A stretch of 63,972 nucleotides of DNA, filler included, from Candidatus Hydrogenedentota bacterium (GTDB taxonomy: Bacteria; JBFMHD01): assembly GCA_040752395.1 (NCBI GenBank). It is 4 parts of 4 records of this genome, joined end to end, with 100 filler letters (N's around TTAATTAATTAA, not from the genome) between each part and the next. Parts side by side here need not be neighbours in the genome. Positions count along the whole stretch, not along the records: positions 1 to 16,279 come from JBFMHD010000045.1; 3 more parts are not named here. One strand, given 5' to 3'. How positions within the stretch are numbered: the first letter of the stretch is position 1; the number at the start of each line of letters is the position of its first letter. Both the position numbers and the translations under genes were made by a program. Below, piece by piece: positions 1 to 10,574 of this stretch. The notes under the pieces were generated by a model, which saw only the letters and a list, made by a program, of their open reading frames with translations, did not search any database and had not been told where the DNA came from.

Positions 1-88
1 TCTTATCTGTTATTATATAAATTTTAACTTTTTCCCGTTTTCTGTCAAATCTTTTTTTACTTTTTTCACATGTTCTGAGAGATTACTT

Positions 89-3000
89 TTAAAACAAAGT
101 GGTCTGGTCTGTTTCAGGAATGGTTTTAAGTATACCTGCGTGCTTGAAATTTTCAAGGATTGTTTTATTGAGTAACGTCCGCTTTTTAAAATCCTCTATT
201 GATCTGAACTCACCGTTCTTCCGTTCCTTGACAATCCTCTCAGCAACAGTATACCCCAATCCCTCAACTGCCATTAATGATGGTCTTATATATGGCTCTT
301 CTATTTTAAAAAACAGGGTATCAGATTTCATCAAATCTATATCAAGTAGTTTTATGCCTATTAGAAACATCTCAAAGAGTATCGCAAGATTTACATATAA
401 TTTTTTTTCTTTTTCAGTTGCTATGTTTTCCTTTTTCTTTTTTTCAATTTCAGTCATTAGCTTATATACTCCATCAGCGCCACTGCGTGCAATCGCCATT
501 GGGAAATTATCTGTCTGGGTACTGAAATACGCCGAGTAAAAAGCCAGAGGATGATGAACTTTAAAATATGCGATTCTAAAAGAGACGAGTGTATAAGCGA
601 CGGCATGTGCTTTTGGAAATAAATACCTTATTTTTTTACAACTCTGTATATACCAGTCCGGGACCTTGTTAGATTTCATCTCTTTTATATATTCATCTTT
701 AATTGCTTTACCCTTTCTAACGGACTCCATAACCTCAAAGGCGGTATGCTGGTTCACACCTTTATCTATCAGCTGATTCATAATATCTTCACGTACGCAA
801 ATAATCTGGTCAAACCTTGCCCCGCGTTTAATTAAATCATTCGCATTATTCAGCCACACATTTTCACCGTGAGATAAACCGCTCACACGAACTAAATCAG
901 AAAAGGTTTTAGGTTTAATGCATTCTAACATATCGCGTACAAAACTCGTTCCGAATTCAGGGATCCCCAGTGTTCCAACTTTTTCTTGATAACGACTGTC
1001 AGAAATCTTAAAAATACCATTTGAACTAAAAATAGAAAGCGTGTCACTGTCATCAAGCGGAACATCAGCTGGCTCGATACCTGTATAGTCTTTTAGAAGT
1101 TTTAATATTGTTGGCGTATCGTGACCAAGTATGTCAAGTTTTACAAGCTGGCTCTCCATCTCATGATAATCAAAATGAGTTGTTGGTATTTTATCATCCT
1201 CGTTCGCCGGTATCTGGATTGGTGTGAAATAATATATATCTTTATCCGGTGGTATTATTATCATTCCGCCGGGGTGCTGTCCTATGGTTCGTTTTGAGCC
1301 CTCACATTTATTAGAGACCCTTCTTTTAGAAGCCTCATTGTAAACCAATTTTATATCTTTTGCATACTCATTAACAAAATTTTCTGCATTTTTTTTACCT
1401 AATCCAACTATTGTTCCTGCTCTATAAACTTTATCTTTGCCAAACATCTCAAGGACAGATTTGAATATTTCATCCTGATATAGACCCGAGAAATTTAAAT
1501 CGATATCCGGCACCTTTTTGCCATCAAACCCGGTAAAAGCTTCAAACGGTATATTGAACCCCTCACGGCTCATTTCAACACCGCATCTTTCACATATCTT
1601 CTTTTTTAAATCCATCTCACAAAAGCCCTGTCCCCAGGTAACAGATTTACAACAAGGACATCTGTAATGCGGTGGGAGTGGATTGACTTCTGATATTCCT
1701 GTAAGGAACGCGATAATCGAGGAACCAACAGAACCACGCGAACCAACAGGGAACCCCGCAACCAAACTCTTGTCCACTAATCTTTTTGCTGCCAAATATA
1801 ATACTGCAAACCTATTTTTTCTTATTCGTTCCCACTCAAAATTTAATCGCTCATTTATCTTATTATCCGGATTCTCACCATAATACTTTTTTAAACCTTC
1901 TTTTACTAATAAATACAATTCATCTTCAGCATTATTTAAATGTGGTGGATAGAAGCCATCAGGGATTGGTGAGAAATCTTCTATATTTTTCAATATTTTT
2001 TCAGAGTTTATATAAATAATATTTTTTTGTTGTTCTTTATCTAAAAAGAAAAATTCTTTTTCCATCTCCTCAGCGCTTCTGATATACAAGGATTTTGCGT
2101 TTAAGCTATCTCTATGTTCGTTTTGATAATACAGAACTTCTCGCGATTCCTCGTCTTTTTCATCAAGATAATGAACATTACCGACTGCTACAACAGGTTT
2201 ATTCATTTTATCAGCTAAACTGATGATTCTTTTTAATACATCCTGTATCTGTTCTACTGAATCAAACTTTTTTTCTTTTATAAGTTCAAGCAGAGTAGAA
2301 ACAGGCACCACTTCAACAAAATCATAAAAACTCAATATTTCACATAGTTCTCGCTCGGATTTGTTATCAAATAAAGCCTGAAACAGTTCGCCCTGTGTAC
2401 AGGCTGTACCAAGTAAAAGACCTTCTCTGTTTTCTTCTAATATGGATTTTAATATTTTGGGTGTTCTATAAAAAAAGTTTATATGAGAGAGACTAACAAG
2501 CTTGTATAAATTGTAAAGCCCTTTTCTTGATGAAACAAGAATGGTGATATGATAAGGTGGCTGCTTATGATGATTAATCTGTGGGATTAAGGCATTTAAT
2601 TCGTTAAATGTTTTAGCAGGTGCTGTCTCAATAATTCTTATAAAAATTTTCGTTAAAGTTTTTGCATCCGGGAGTGCCCGATGTTTGTTTTTTTCATCAT
2701 ACGGGATATTTAAATGTTTTGCTATACTGGATAATTGAAAACTTTTTAACTCCGGTAATAAAGCTCGAGATAATAAAAGATTATCTATTACTGGATTTTC
2801 TATATCCTGATTAAATATTTTTCTTAAAAATCCAATATCAAATTCAGCATTATGAGCAACCAATACACTATCATTACAGAACTCTTTAAACCTTTTAACA
2901 GCCTCTTCTTTTTTGATACCCTTTTCTTTAATTTCTTCATTGGTTATACCTGTAATTTTTATAGTATTATCATCTAATGGTTTATCCTGTTTCATAAGCA

Positions 3001-4312
3001 GATTAAACTCAGATATTATCTTTCCATTCTTCAGTTTACAAGCACCGATCTCAATAACCTCACCCGTAAGCGGGCAGAGTGAGGTTGTTTCAAGATCGAA
3101 AATAACCATCGTGTCATCTTTAACATTTTTTTTGTCATCAATACTCTTATAAATCAGTTTTTTATCATCGATAAAATATCCTTCCATACCCAAAATAGGT
3201 TTTATTGAATGCTGTTTCATAATTTTATAAAAGGGATGGAAGAGATGTACGACGCCGTGGTCAGTTAAAGCCACTGCTTTTATGTTTTTCTTTTTTGCAT
3301 ACAAAGCAAGTTCATTAATATCTACTGTGGAATCAAGTGCAGAAAGTTTTGAATGCAGATGTAATTCGATTCTTACTTTCTCTAAATCCTGTTTTATCTC
3401 TTCATCTATAATCCTTATATTTTTAGGATATAAAACAAGTTCATTATTAATATACTTATCCTCTCTTACCGCACCCCTCCATAAGTATTCTTTGCTTTTT
3501 TGCAGGTCTATCTCTTCTCCATATTTTAAAAATAATTTAACAAACATGGCTGAGGTTTTATCATAGATAACAAAACTGAATATCTTAACATCCTTTTTCT
3601 CTGTTATCTCTATATCAGAATCTATCTTTGCTTTTACTGTTATGTCCCTCTTTCTGCTTTTGATGTTAGAAAGAAAAGTAGGTTCATCAAAACTATCTTC
3701 ACCAAAAATCACATTTTTGTTAGCTGACGATTTCTGCAGGATGTTGTTTGCTACAATTAAATTGTTATTTGTTATTTTTGTCTGTTCTTTTATCTCTTTT
3801 AGTAAATCTTCATTAATATTTATTCTAAATTCCGGGACTTTATTAATTCTCTGTTTTATCTTTTCTCTGAGACAATCAATAAGCCCCAGTCTGTGCAGCT
3901 CATTTTCAAGAGCTCTATCCGGGATATTTATTTCTATAACATTTTCTTTCAACTCAGGTTTCAGATAATCAATCACACTCTGGATTACCTTATTTTTGTT
4001 GCATATAGTTTTGCATGCCTCTCTCCAGAACTCATCAAAAAATTCTTTTAATTCTCCTTTCTTTTGAATAACTGTTATATCTTCAATCTCTTCAAAATGA
4101 TTTATAAAATAGTGTTTTATAATAGAAAGAGTTTTATCCGAGAGTTCACCATAGGGAGAACTGATTTCGATATCAAGTCTTTTATCCCGCTCTTTTAATA
4201 CTATCGATTCTATACTTGCTCTCTCAATAATCTCTTTTTCGGTCTCATCTATCTGGGTTTTATCTAATAATATTGTAAGCGGTTTACTGGTTTTGATTTT
4301 TATCGAGCTCAC
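89..4312 (-). CDS. polC: DNA polymerase III PolC-type (OB fold, PHP domain with inserted 3'-5' exonuclease, Zn finger)
   Basis: 1407 aa; ELHLHSKLS and LTDHG PHP motifs, inserted FDLETT/VAHNAEFD/HRALPDA exonuclease, VGSRGSVGSS, HYRCPCC..CERC, KVPDIDLNFSG, YLFPKAHA; GTG start overlaps the proS TGA. Confidence 0.96.
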   Translation of the reverse strand: MSSIKIKTSKPLTILLDKTQIDETEKEIIERASIESIVLKERDKRLDIEISSPYGELSDKTLSIIKHYFINHFEEIEDITVIQKKGELKEFFDEFWREACKTICNKNKVIQSVIDYLKPELKENVIEINIPDRALENELHRLGLIDCLREKIKQRINKVPEFRININEDLLKEIKEQTKITNNNLIVANNILQKSSANKNVIFGEDSFDEPTFLSNIKSRKRDITVKAKIDSDIEITEKKDVKIFSFVIYDKTSAMFVKLFLKYGEEIDLQKSKEYLWRGAVREDKYINNELVLYPKNIRIIDEEIKQDLEKVRIELHLHSKLSALDSTVDINELALYAKKKNIKAVALTDHGVVHLFHPFYKIMKQHSIKPILGMEGYFIDDKKLIYKSIDDKKNVKDDTMVIFDLETTSLCPLTGEVIEIGACKLKNGKIISEFNLLMKQDKPLDDNTIKITGITNEEIKEKGIKKEEAVKRFKEFCNDSVLVAHNAEFDIGFLRKIFNQDIENPVIDNLLLSRALLPELKSFQLSSIAKHLNIPYDEKNKHRALPDAKTLTKIFIRIIETAPAKTFNELNALIPQINHHKQPPYHITILVSSRKGLYNLYKLVSLSHINFFYRTPKILKSILEENREGLLLGTACTQGELFQALFDNKSERELCEILSFYDFVEVVPVSTLLELIKEKKFDSVEQIQDVLKRIISLADKMNKPVVAVGNVHYLDEKDEESREVLYYQNEHRDSLNAKSLYIRSAEEMEKEFFFLDKEQQKNIIYINSEKILKNIEDFSPIPDGFYPPHLNNAEDELYLLVKEGLKKYYGENPDNKINERLNFEWERIRKNRFAVLYLAAKRLVDKSLVAGFPVGSRGSVGSSIIAFLTGISEVNPLPPHYRCPCCKSVTWGQGFCEMDLKKKICERCGVEMSREGFNIPFEAFTGFDGKKVPDIDLNFSGLYQDEIFKSVLEMFGKDKVYRAGTIVGLGKKNAENFVNEYAKDIKLVYNEASKRRVSNKCEGSKRTIGQHPGGMIIIPPDKDIYYFTPIQIPANEDDKIPTTHFDYHEMESQLVKLDILGHDTPTILKLLKDYTGIEPADVPLDDSDTLSIFSSNGIFKISDSRYQEKVGTLGIPEFGTSFVRDMLECIKPKTFSDLVRVSGLSHGENVWLNNANDLIKRGARFDQIICVREDIMNQLIDKGVNQHTAFEVMESVRKGKAIKDEYIKEMKSNKVPDWYIQSCKKIRYLFPKAHAVAYTLVSFRIAYFKVHHPLAFYSAYFSTQTDNFPMAIARSGADGVYKLMTEIEKKKKENIATEKEKKLYVNLAILFEMFLIGIKLLDIDLMKSDTLFFKIEEPYIRPSLMAVEGLGYTVAERIVKERKNGEFRSIEDFKKRTLLNKTILENFKHAGILKTIPETDQTTLF

Positions 4313-6024
4313 TTTATACCCTCATATTTTTCTTTCAAAAAATTAAGCAGTTCTTCTTCTTTTAATAAAATACTCTCTTTTGGTCTGCGGATTTTTAATT
4401 CGTATTTGCCTGTTTCCTTGAACTTTTTACCGAGAGCGATCTGAAAAGGGATGCCTATTAATTCAGCGTCCGCAAATTTATAACCCGGGCGGTAATCTCT
4501 ATCATCGAGTATAACTTCAAAACCTGCAGATGTTAATTTTTTAGAGATCTCAATACTTTTATCAAATACAAGGCCTTCCTTTTCCAGTGGTAAAACAATC
4601 ACATCAAAAGGTGCGATTGGTAATGGCCAGATGATACCTCGTTCATCATTATTCTGCTCTATACTTGCTGCAACTATCCTGCTCACACCTATACCATAAC
4701 AACCCATAATTATCAGTTTATCTTCACCATTTTCGTTCTGATATATAGCATTCATTGCCCTGGAGTATTTAGTTCCGAGTAAAAAGACATGACCCACTTC
4801 GATCCCACGCTGGATTTTTATATTATTATTACACTCAGGGCAGATATCCCCTTTTTTTGCATTTCTAATATCAGCAAAGAGATCAACTTTGAAATCTCTA
4901 TCAAGGTTTACGTTTATTATATGAGTATCTGCTTTCTGAGCACCTGTAACCCAGTTTCTCTTTCCCCGGATACTATTATCAGCTATAATTTTAATATCTT
5001 TGAGTCCACAGGGGCCAGCAAATCCAACTGGTGCATTAGTTATTCTTTCAACATCTTTAAAAGAAGCCATCTTAATCGAGCCTGTCTCTAAAACCTTTTT
5101 TATTTTTTCTTCATTTAGTTCTGAGTCTCCGGAGATAAGCAGAGCAAAAAAACCTTTTTCGGTCTCAACGATTAATGTTTTTAATAATTTTTCAGGTTTA
5201 ACTTTTAAAAATTCGCTTACCTCTTCAACTGTCTTTCTATCTGGTGTCAATATCTCCTGGACCTGATTCATAGGTTCATTATCTTCGATATAATTACTTA
5301 TAGCTGGTGCCAGTTCCACATTAGAAGCGAAATTACATTTTTCACAGAGTGCGATTTGAGACTCACCTGTATCTGCAAGCACGATGAATTCATGTGAGGA
5401 TTTTCCGCCGATGGCACCTGTTGCAGCCTCACAGGCTCGGTATCTCAAACCACAGCGTTCGATTACCCTGCAATACGCTTCATAATGGAGGCTATAACTC
5501 TTCATAGCAGATTCTTCGTCTTTATCAAACGAATAAGCATCTTTCATAAGGAACTCTCGACATCGCATAATCCCGAATCGTGGTCGAATCTCATCACGAT
5601 ATTTCCAGTTGATCTGGTATAAAGTAATGGGGAGCTGTCTGTAGGATTTAATCTCGTTTCTTATAATATGTGTAACAACCTCTTCAGCAGTAGGTGCAAG
5701 CCCGAACTCACGATTATGCCTGTCTTTAATCTTCATCATTTCCTCGCCATATAAATCCCATCTGCCTGTTTCATCCCAGAACTCTTTGGGCTGTATAATA
5801 GGCATTTTTATTTCCTGATCCCCTATTCTATCCATCTCTTCTCTTACAACCTTCTCTACTTTATTTAATACTCTGAACCCAAGTGGTAAAAAGTTGTAAA
5901 TCCCGCTTGCAAGTTTTCTTATAAAGCCTGCACGTAACATAAGTTTGTGACTTATCACTTCTGCTTCTTTGGGCTCTTCTTTGAGCGTTGGTATCAGATA
6001 ATTAGACATCCGATATAAAGTCAT
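4309..6024 (-). CDS. proS: Proline-tRNA ligase (bacterial long form with INS editing domain)
   Basis: SHKLMLRAGFI, RDEIRPRFGIMR, GIEVGHVF, MGCYGIGVSR; ATGA overlap with ispG. Confidence 0.97.
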   Translation of the reverse strand: MTLYRMSNYLIPTLKEEPKEAEVISHKLMLRAGFIRKLASGIYNFLPLGFRVLNKVEKVVREEMDRIGDQEIKMPIIQPKEFWDETGRWDLYGEEMMKIKDRHNREFGLAPTAEEVVTHIIRNEIKSYRQLPITLYQINWKYRDEIRPRFGIMRCREFLMKDAYSFDKDEESAMKSYSLHYEAYCRVIERCGLRYRACEAATGAIGGKSSHEFIVLADTGESQIALCEKCNFASNVELAPAISNYIEDNEPMNQVQEILTPDRKTVEEVSEFLKVKPEKLLKTLIVETEKGFFALLISGDSELNEEKIKKVLETGSIKMASFKDVERITNAPVGFAGPCGLKDIKIIADNSIRGKRNWVTGAQKADTHIINVNLDRDFKVDLFADIRNAKKGDICPECNNNIKIQRGIEVGHVFLLGTKYSRAMNAIYQNENGEDKLIIMGCYGIGVSRIVAASIEQNNDERGIIWPLPIAPFDVIVLPLEKEGLVFDKSIEISKKLTSAGFEVILDDRDYRPGYKFADAELIGIPFQIALGKKFKETGKYELKIRRPKESILLKEEELLNFLKEKYEGIK

Positions 6025-7085
6025 AGTAAAGATTTAACCTCTTTAATCAATTCATCAACTGCTTCTTTGATATCAATTTTTTTACAGGGTCTGCCTTTTT
6101 TAAAGATCAATGCGGTATCTCTACCAAATGCGATACCTATATCAGCATTTCGTGCTTCGCCAGGGCCATTAACTTCGCAGCCCATAACTGCTACGGAAAA
6201 ATTCTTTTTAATATTTTTAAGAGAATCATTAATTTTCTTTGCAATACTTTCAAGGTCTATTTTCGTATTTAATCTTCCACAGGTCGGGCAGGAAATAAGA
6301 TGTGGTCTGTTTTTAGACTTTAATCCGAGACTCGATAGGATTTCGTAGGCTGTTTCTACCTCCAGCACCGGGTTACCTGTAATAGAGACACGAACGGTAT
6401 CACCAATACCCTCACTTAATAATATTCCGAAACAGGTCGCAGAGCGAATAGCTGCATCAGGATAAATCCCTGCTTCGGTAAGTCCAAGATGTATCGGATA
6501 ATCTCGCTCTTTTATATATAATCTATTTGCTTCAATCGTCTCCATAACCTCACTTAATTTTAAGGATACTTTGATATTTTTAAATTTTTCTTTCTCAAAT
6601 ATTTTTAAATTTTCTAAAAGCACAGCCACCATCGCTTCGGCTCTGTTTTTTGTATTTCTATACTTTTTTGGTAAAGAACCAACATTCACGCCGATCCTTA
6701 CAGGGATCTTATATTGAAATAAACATAAGATGATTTCTTTAACTTTATCTTCTCCACCTATATTCCCTGGATTTATTCTTATGCAATCTGCCCCTGCTTT
6801 TATAGCTTCGATTGCTATACGGTGATCAAAATGAACATCCGCAACTACAGGGATAGGTGATTTCTCAATAATCTTTTTCAATCTTTGTATATACTCAAGT
6901 TTAGGGATAGCAACTCTAACTATCTCACAGCCACAACTGGCAAGTTCATAGATCTGTTTTAATGTTTTATTAACATTCTTGGTATCTGTATTTGTCATTG
7001 ATTGTACAACTATTGGGTTATTACAACCGATAGGAATTTTACGCACATAAATGACCCGTGTCTTTTTTCTATAAAAAGTTTTCAT
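6021..7085 (-). CDS. ispG: 4-hydroxy-3-methylbut-2-en-1-yl diphosphate synthase
   Basis: VQSMTNT, VADVHFD, RINPGNIG, HLGLTEAG, SCPTCGR, VMGCEVNGPGEA. Confidence 0.97.
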   Translation of the reverse strand: MKTFYRKKTRVIYVRKIPIGCNNPIVVQSMTNTDTKNVNKTLKQIYELASCGCEIVRVAIPKLEYIQRLKKIIEKSPIPVVADVHFDHRIAIEAIKAGADCIRINPGNIGGEDKVKEIILCLFQYKIPVRIGVNVGSLPKKYRNTKNRAEAMVAVLLENLKIFEKEKFKNIKVSLKLSEVMETIEANRLYIKERDYPIHLGLTEAGIYPDAAIRSATCFGILLSEGIGDTVRVSITGNPVLEVETAYEILSSLGLKSKNRPHLISCPTCGRLNTKIDLESIAKKINDSLKNIKKNFSVAVMGCEVNGPGEARNADIGIAFGRDTALIFKKGRPCKKIDIKEAVDELIKEVKSLL

Positions 7086-7373
7086 ATATATATATTAAAA
7101 CATTTTTTATTTCAATTTTCAAACTTCTGTTTTTTATTTTCCTTTAATTTATCTTTTTGTCAACAAAAAATTAAATAAATCTTTTAAAAAGGTATACGAT
7201 GTCTGTAAACTTCCTGAAATAAATTTAATGAATTTGTTCACATCTAAATTAAAAACTGCATAAACATAAAAAAATTAGAAAAATTATAGGGGGAAGACTT
7301 GTCAAATTATTTATTCAACAAACCATAAAGTTTTTGACACTACCGTGATTTAAAAGTCGCCGAGCAAAATGTC

Positions 7374-7451
7374 GCTTAACGAACAACCCTTGCCGCACGC
7401 CAAAGGCGTGCAGAGAGTGCGAATGCACTCTCCGTCAAGAGTAAGTTACAC
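7374..7451 (-). other. attC site 1
   Basis: Minus strand GTGTAAC...GTTAAGC, 78 bp; internal hairpins AGAGTGC-ATTC-GCACTCT and GCACGCC-TTT-GGCGTGC. Confidence 0.85.
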
Positions 7452-7469
7452 AAAAACGGGGCAAATCTT

Positions 7470-8408
7470 TTATAATTCTTCATAAGATTTTATTCTATTC
7501 TTTCTACGAGCCAATTCACTGGCATAACGCATTCCTAAAATCGATGAATTTTCTCTTGCCCATTCTGATAATTTTGTTTTTCCAGTGGGTGATGATTTTG
7601 TAAACAATAAATCTGTTCTTAATCCTTGAATCTCATCTTCAGTTATAACAACATCATCTACGATAATCCCAATAATCCTTCCGAATAAATATCCAATAAT
7701 ATCCGGAACAGAGATAATAGGTCTCTTTTTAACAATTATTTTTCCTATCATATTAACTAATTCTCGATAGGTAAATGTCTCTGGTCCAATAGCATCAATT
7801 ATTATATTATTTCTTTCTATGCCTTGCTCAACTGCTAATTTTGCTAAATCATCTACATGGATTGGTTGTAATCTATAACTTCCGTCACCGAATATACAGA
7901 ATACTGGGAATTTTCTGAGCATCCATGCTATATTATTTATTAAAATATCTTCTTTTCCAAACAAAACCGCGGGACGAAGTATTGCATACGAAATACCTGA
8001 TTGAATAAGTGCGTTTTCTAAAATTGCTTTTCCGCGAAAATATTCTAAATGAGATTTTTCATCTGGGTTTGTAATACTCATATGAATAATTCGTTTAATC
8101 CCGGCTTTTTTTGCAGCGTCAAATAATATAAGCGTATTTTCTACCGCAGTGGAATGCTTAAAATTTCTGTGATTAAATCTAACCCAGTATGTATTATATA
8201 GAACATCAGCACCTTTTAATGATTCTGTTAGTTTTTCAGGATTATCAAAATTATAAGGAAATATTTTGATTTTATCTCTAAAAGGATTTGCTCGGTTTTG
8301 AGAATTAGTCAGGGTTATGACTTTACATCCTGCTTCTAATAATCTTTGTGCAATATATTTCCCGGAATATCCAAAAGCTCCAGTCACAACGTGTATATTT
8401 TCAGACAT
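7470..8408 (-). CDS. NAD(P)-binding atypical SDR / epimerase (NDUFA9-like), cassette gene
   Basis: VVTGAFGYSG Rossmann motif, YFRGK, ILRPAVLFG, LQPIHVDD. Confidence 0.85.
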   Translation of the reverse strand: MSENIHVVTGAFGYSGKYIAQRLLEAGCKVITLTNSQNRANPFRDKIKIFPYNFDNPEKLTESLKGADVLYNTYWVRFNHRNFKHSTAVENTLILFDAAKKAGIKRIIHMSITNPDEKSHLEYFRGKAILENALIQSGISYAILRPAVLFGKEDILINNIAWMLRKFPVFCIFGDGSYRLQPIHVDDLAKLAVEQGIERNNIIIDAIGPETFTYRELVNMIGKIIVKKRPIISVPDIIGYLFGRIIGIIVDDVVITEDEIQGLRTDLLFTKSSPTGKTKLSEWARENSSILGMRYASELARRKNRIKSYEEL

Positions 8409-8448
8409 TAATATAATTCCTTATTTTTTTGTTTTTGCCCCGTTTTCC

Positions 8449-8531
8449 GTGTAACGAATAATGCTTTCTGACGCCGAGGGCGTCCCGTCAGGGTCACGGC
8501 GAATGCTGTGAACAGAAAGCATCAGTTATAG
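8449..8531 (-). other. attC site 2
   Basis: Minus strand CTATAAC...GTTACAC, 83 bp; ATGCTTTCTG/CAGAAAGCAT stem. Confidence 0.88.
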
Positions 8532-8551
8532 GACGTGCCCCGAACATTCTT

Positions 8552-8824
8552 TTATGCATTAAGCTCTTTAATTACTCTTTCTGATAAATACATCTTAACT
8601 AATGATTGATAAGGTATATCTGTTTTATTTGCTAATAATTTTATAGAATCTAATAATGATTCAGGCATCCTTATCGAAATAGTTTTTACAGATGGCTTCA
8701 AATTCGGGAATATTACTCTTTTGCTTTTGGAATAATCAATATATTCTGTAGAATCTTCTTTCGCCCAAAAACTTCTTTCCTCGTCTTCGTTTCTAAATTT
8801 TGGTATCTTCTTCTTTATACTCAT
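8552..8824 (-). CDS. BrnA/CopG-like antitoxin
   Basis: IPKFRNEDEERSFW N-terminus and C-terminal RHH (ISIRMPESLL..IPYQSL); overlaps the upstream toxin. Confidence 0.85.
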   Translation of the reverse strand: MSIKKKIPKFRNEDEERSFWAKEDSTEYIDYSKSKRVIFPNLKPSVKTISIRMPESLLDSIKLLANKTDIPYQSLVKMYLSERVIKELNA

Positions 8825-9107
8825 AATAATCCTTCCTTTCTTTACGGTTCATATCTCTTGCTGAAATAATTCTGATTTTATTTTTACGCGGAGTAAATAC
8901 AACAAATAATAATCTCCCGCTATTTGATTTACCTAATACATAATGTCTTTCCTCTTTAATTGAATGTTTTTTATCAACTTCTGAGATTAATGGAATATTG
9001 AAAAATACTTCCTCGCATTCAGTATCTGAAACCTTATGATTTATCCAATTTTTATTCCTGTTTCCTTTATCCCAATCGAAGCCAATAAAATTTCCAATAA
9101 TTTCCAT
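8793..9107 (-). CDS. BrnT family toxin
   Basis: FDWDKGNRNKNWINHKVS, EERHYVLG, KIRIISARDM; start set at ATG 9107. Confidence 0.9.
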   Translation of the reverse strand: MEIIGNFIGFDWDKGNRNKNWINHKVSDTECEEVFFNIPLISEVDKKHSIKEERHYVLGKSNSGRLLFVVFTPRKNKIRIISARDMNRKERKDYYEYKEEDTKI

Positions 9108-9121
9108 TTTATATTTCCATG

Positions 9122-9161
9122 TGTATATATTTATTATATACAATTAATTCTATCTTGTCAA
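9122..9161 (-). promoter_or_regulatory. Sigma70 promoter with palindromic operator of the brnT-brnA cassette
   Basis: TTGACA-N17-TATAAT; overlapping inverted repeat TGTATATA..TATATACA. Confidence 0.75.
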
Positions 9162-9199
9162 CATTAATTTCTTCGTTTTTTTATTTTTCGGGGCATGTC

Positions 9200-9296
9200 A
9201 TTTAACGCCCACGGACTGCCACCACCGCCGCCGATAATAATGTTATCGGCGATGGTAGGCCGAGCGAATGCGAGGCCCGGCAGTCTGAAGTTAAGC
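9200..9296 (-). other. attC site 3
   Basis: Minus strand GCTTAAC...GTTAAAT, 97 bp; GACTGCC/GGCAGTC stem with two internal hairpins. Confidence 0.85.
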
Positions 9297-9545
9297 GCCA
9301 CAATCAACTAATTGAAATGACTCTAACATATATTTGAGCTCTTCCCATATTATAACTGGTTGTTGTGTTTGCGGAGAATAAGCAATATCAACAATAAAAA
9401 AATACTTTTTGTTTTCAGTAAATAACCATAAACGTTCGATCTGAAAATCCTTTATAGTTCCATTAATTTTAACATTATAATTATTGAAAGATAAATATGC
9501 AACAATACCATTATAAATTCCCCATCCAGCTATAAAAATAGCGAA
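9291..9545 (-). pseudogene. 3' remnant of a cassette gene (frameshifted)
   Basis: Reads FIAGWGIYNGIVAY...ENKKYF, then continues in another frame IVDIAYSPQ...LESFQLVD and ends at attC3; 5' part missing. Confidence 0.45.
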
Positions 9546-9627
9546 ATTCAGGTTTTAAAAAATAAAAATCAAATATAAAAAAGAGCCGGGCACTATTTTA
9601 TCCAGAAAGGAAAGGTTTGATAAATTG

Positions 9628-10167
9628 TTACGAAACAGATCCCATCAAAAGATCAAAAAAATCATCAGGAAGTTTAGCACAGGCTCGGTCAAGTAATCGT
9701 TTACTTGCTGGCAATTCTTTACCACGATTTTCATAAGGTTCAATATCAAGTATAACTCGTTGTTCCTCATTTCGTACCAACTGCAGACAGCAAACATAGT
9801 GATGAGCCATAACACTGCCATCTACAATACCGATACGCAAATGTTTATTCCCAAGTTGATAGGTGTAATTGCCTGCTGTACACATCCGGTAATTCATACC
9901 ACGAATCTCATCGGGTTTGAGTCCACTTAATACTCGCACCATATGCGTATCTGATACTCTACCACCAAAATATTTCTGTACCCATGGTAACCGTAACTGC
10001 TCGTCAATCTCAAGCAAACTGCCAGCCCCGTTTAAAGGTAGAAACATAATACTTCCGACAATGGTCCCTAATGCAATCCGTGGCTGCTTCCGCGGATCAC
10101 TTAAATCTTTATCATACTGATGTGTGTCCCTGATATAATCTGCGAATTCTTTGGTTAATCTTGACAT
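9628..10167 (-). pseudogene. Truncated DDE transposase (IS4/ISAs1-like superfamily)
   Basis: LSDPR N-terminal motif, SDTH..RVL, GIVDGS (first Asp), GKELPASKRLL; stops about where the second Asp is expected. Confidence 0.7.
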
Positions 10168-10454
10168 CTTGTACTACCTCCTTTATTGCTTCGATTAATC
10201 TTCAAATTTTACTATTTTGTTTACTATGATATTTATGAGGCAACTGATAGTTTTTTCTATATTTTCAAATAACAAAAACCCATTTTAAAAAGAAAAGAAA
10301 AGAAAAACGGCAAAGAGGTTTATCAGCTACCTCACTTTATATATTGTATCATTTTTCCTATTTTTTTATAGAGTTATTTTTTGCTTTTTTATTGGATGGG
10401 GAATTTATATAAAAAATATAATTATTTCGTTTTTGTGTTTTTTGGGGCTATGGC

Positions 10455-10536
10455 ATATATCGGCTCCAGCATAAAAGAAGTTTTTGCGAAGCAAATTTGG
10501 GCGAAGCGTAGCGAAGCCTTTTATCTGCTGTTAGGC
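10455..10536 (-). other. attC site 4 (core GAT instead of GTT)
   Basis: Minus strand GCCTAAC...GATATAT, 82 bp; ATAAAAG/CTTTTAT stem. Confidence 0.75.
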
Positions 10537-10574
10537 GAAGTTAAACACAACCCATACTTGCCGGATGAAGCTAT

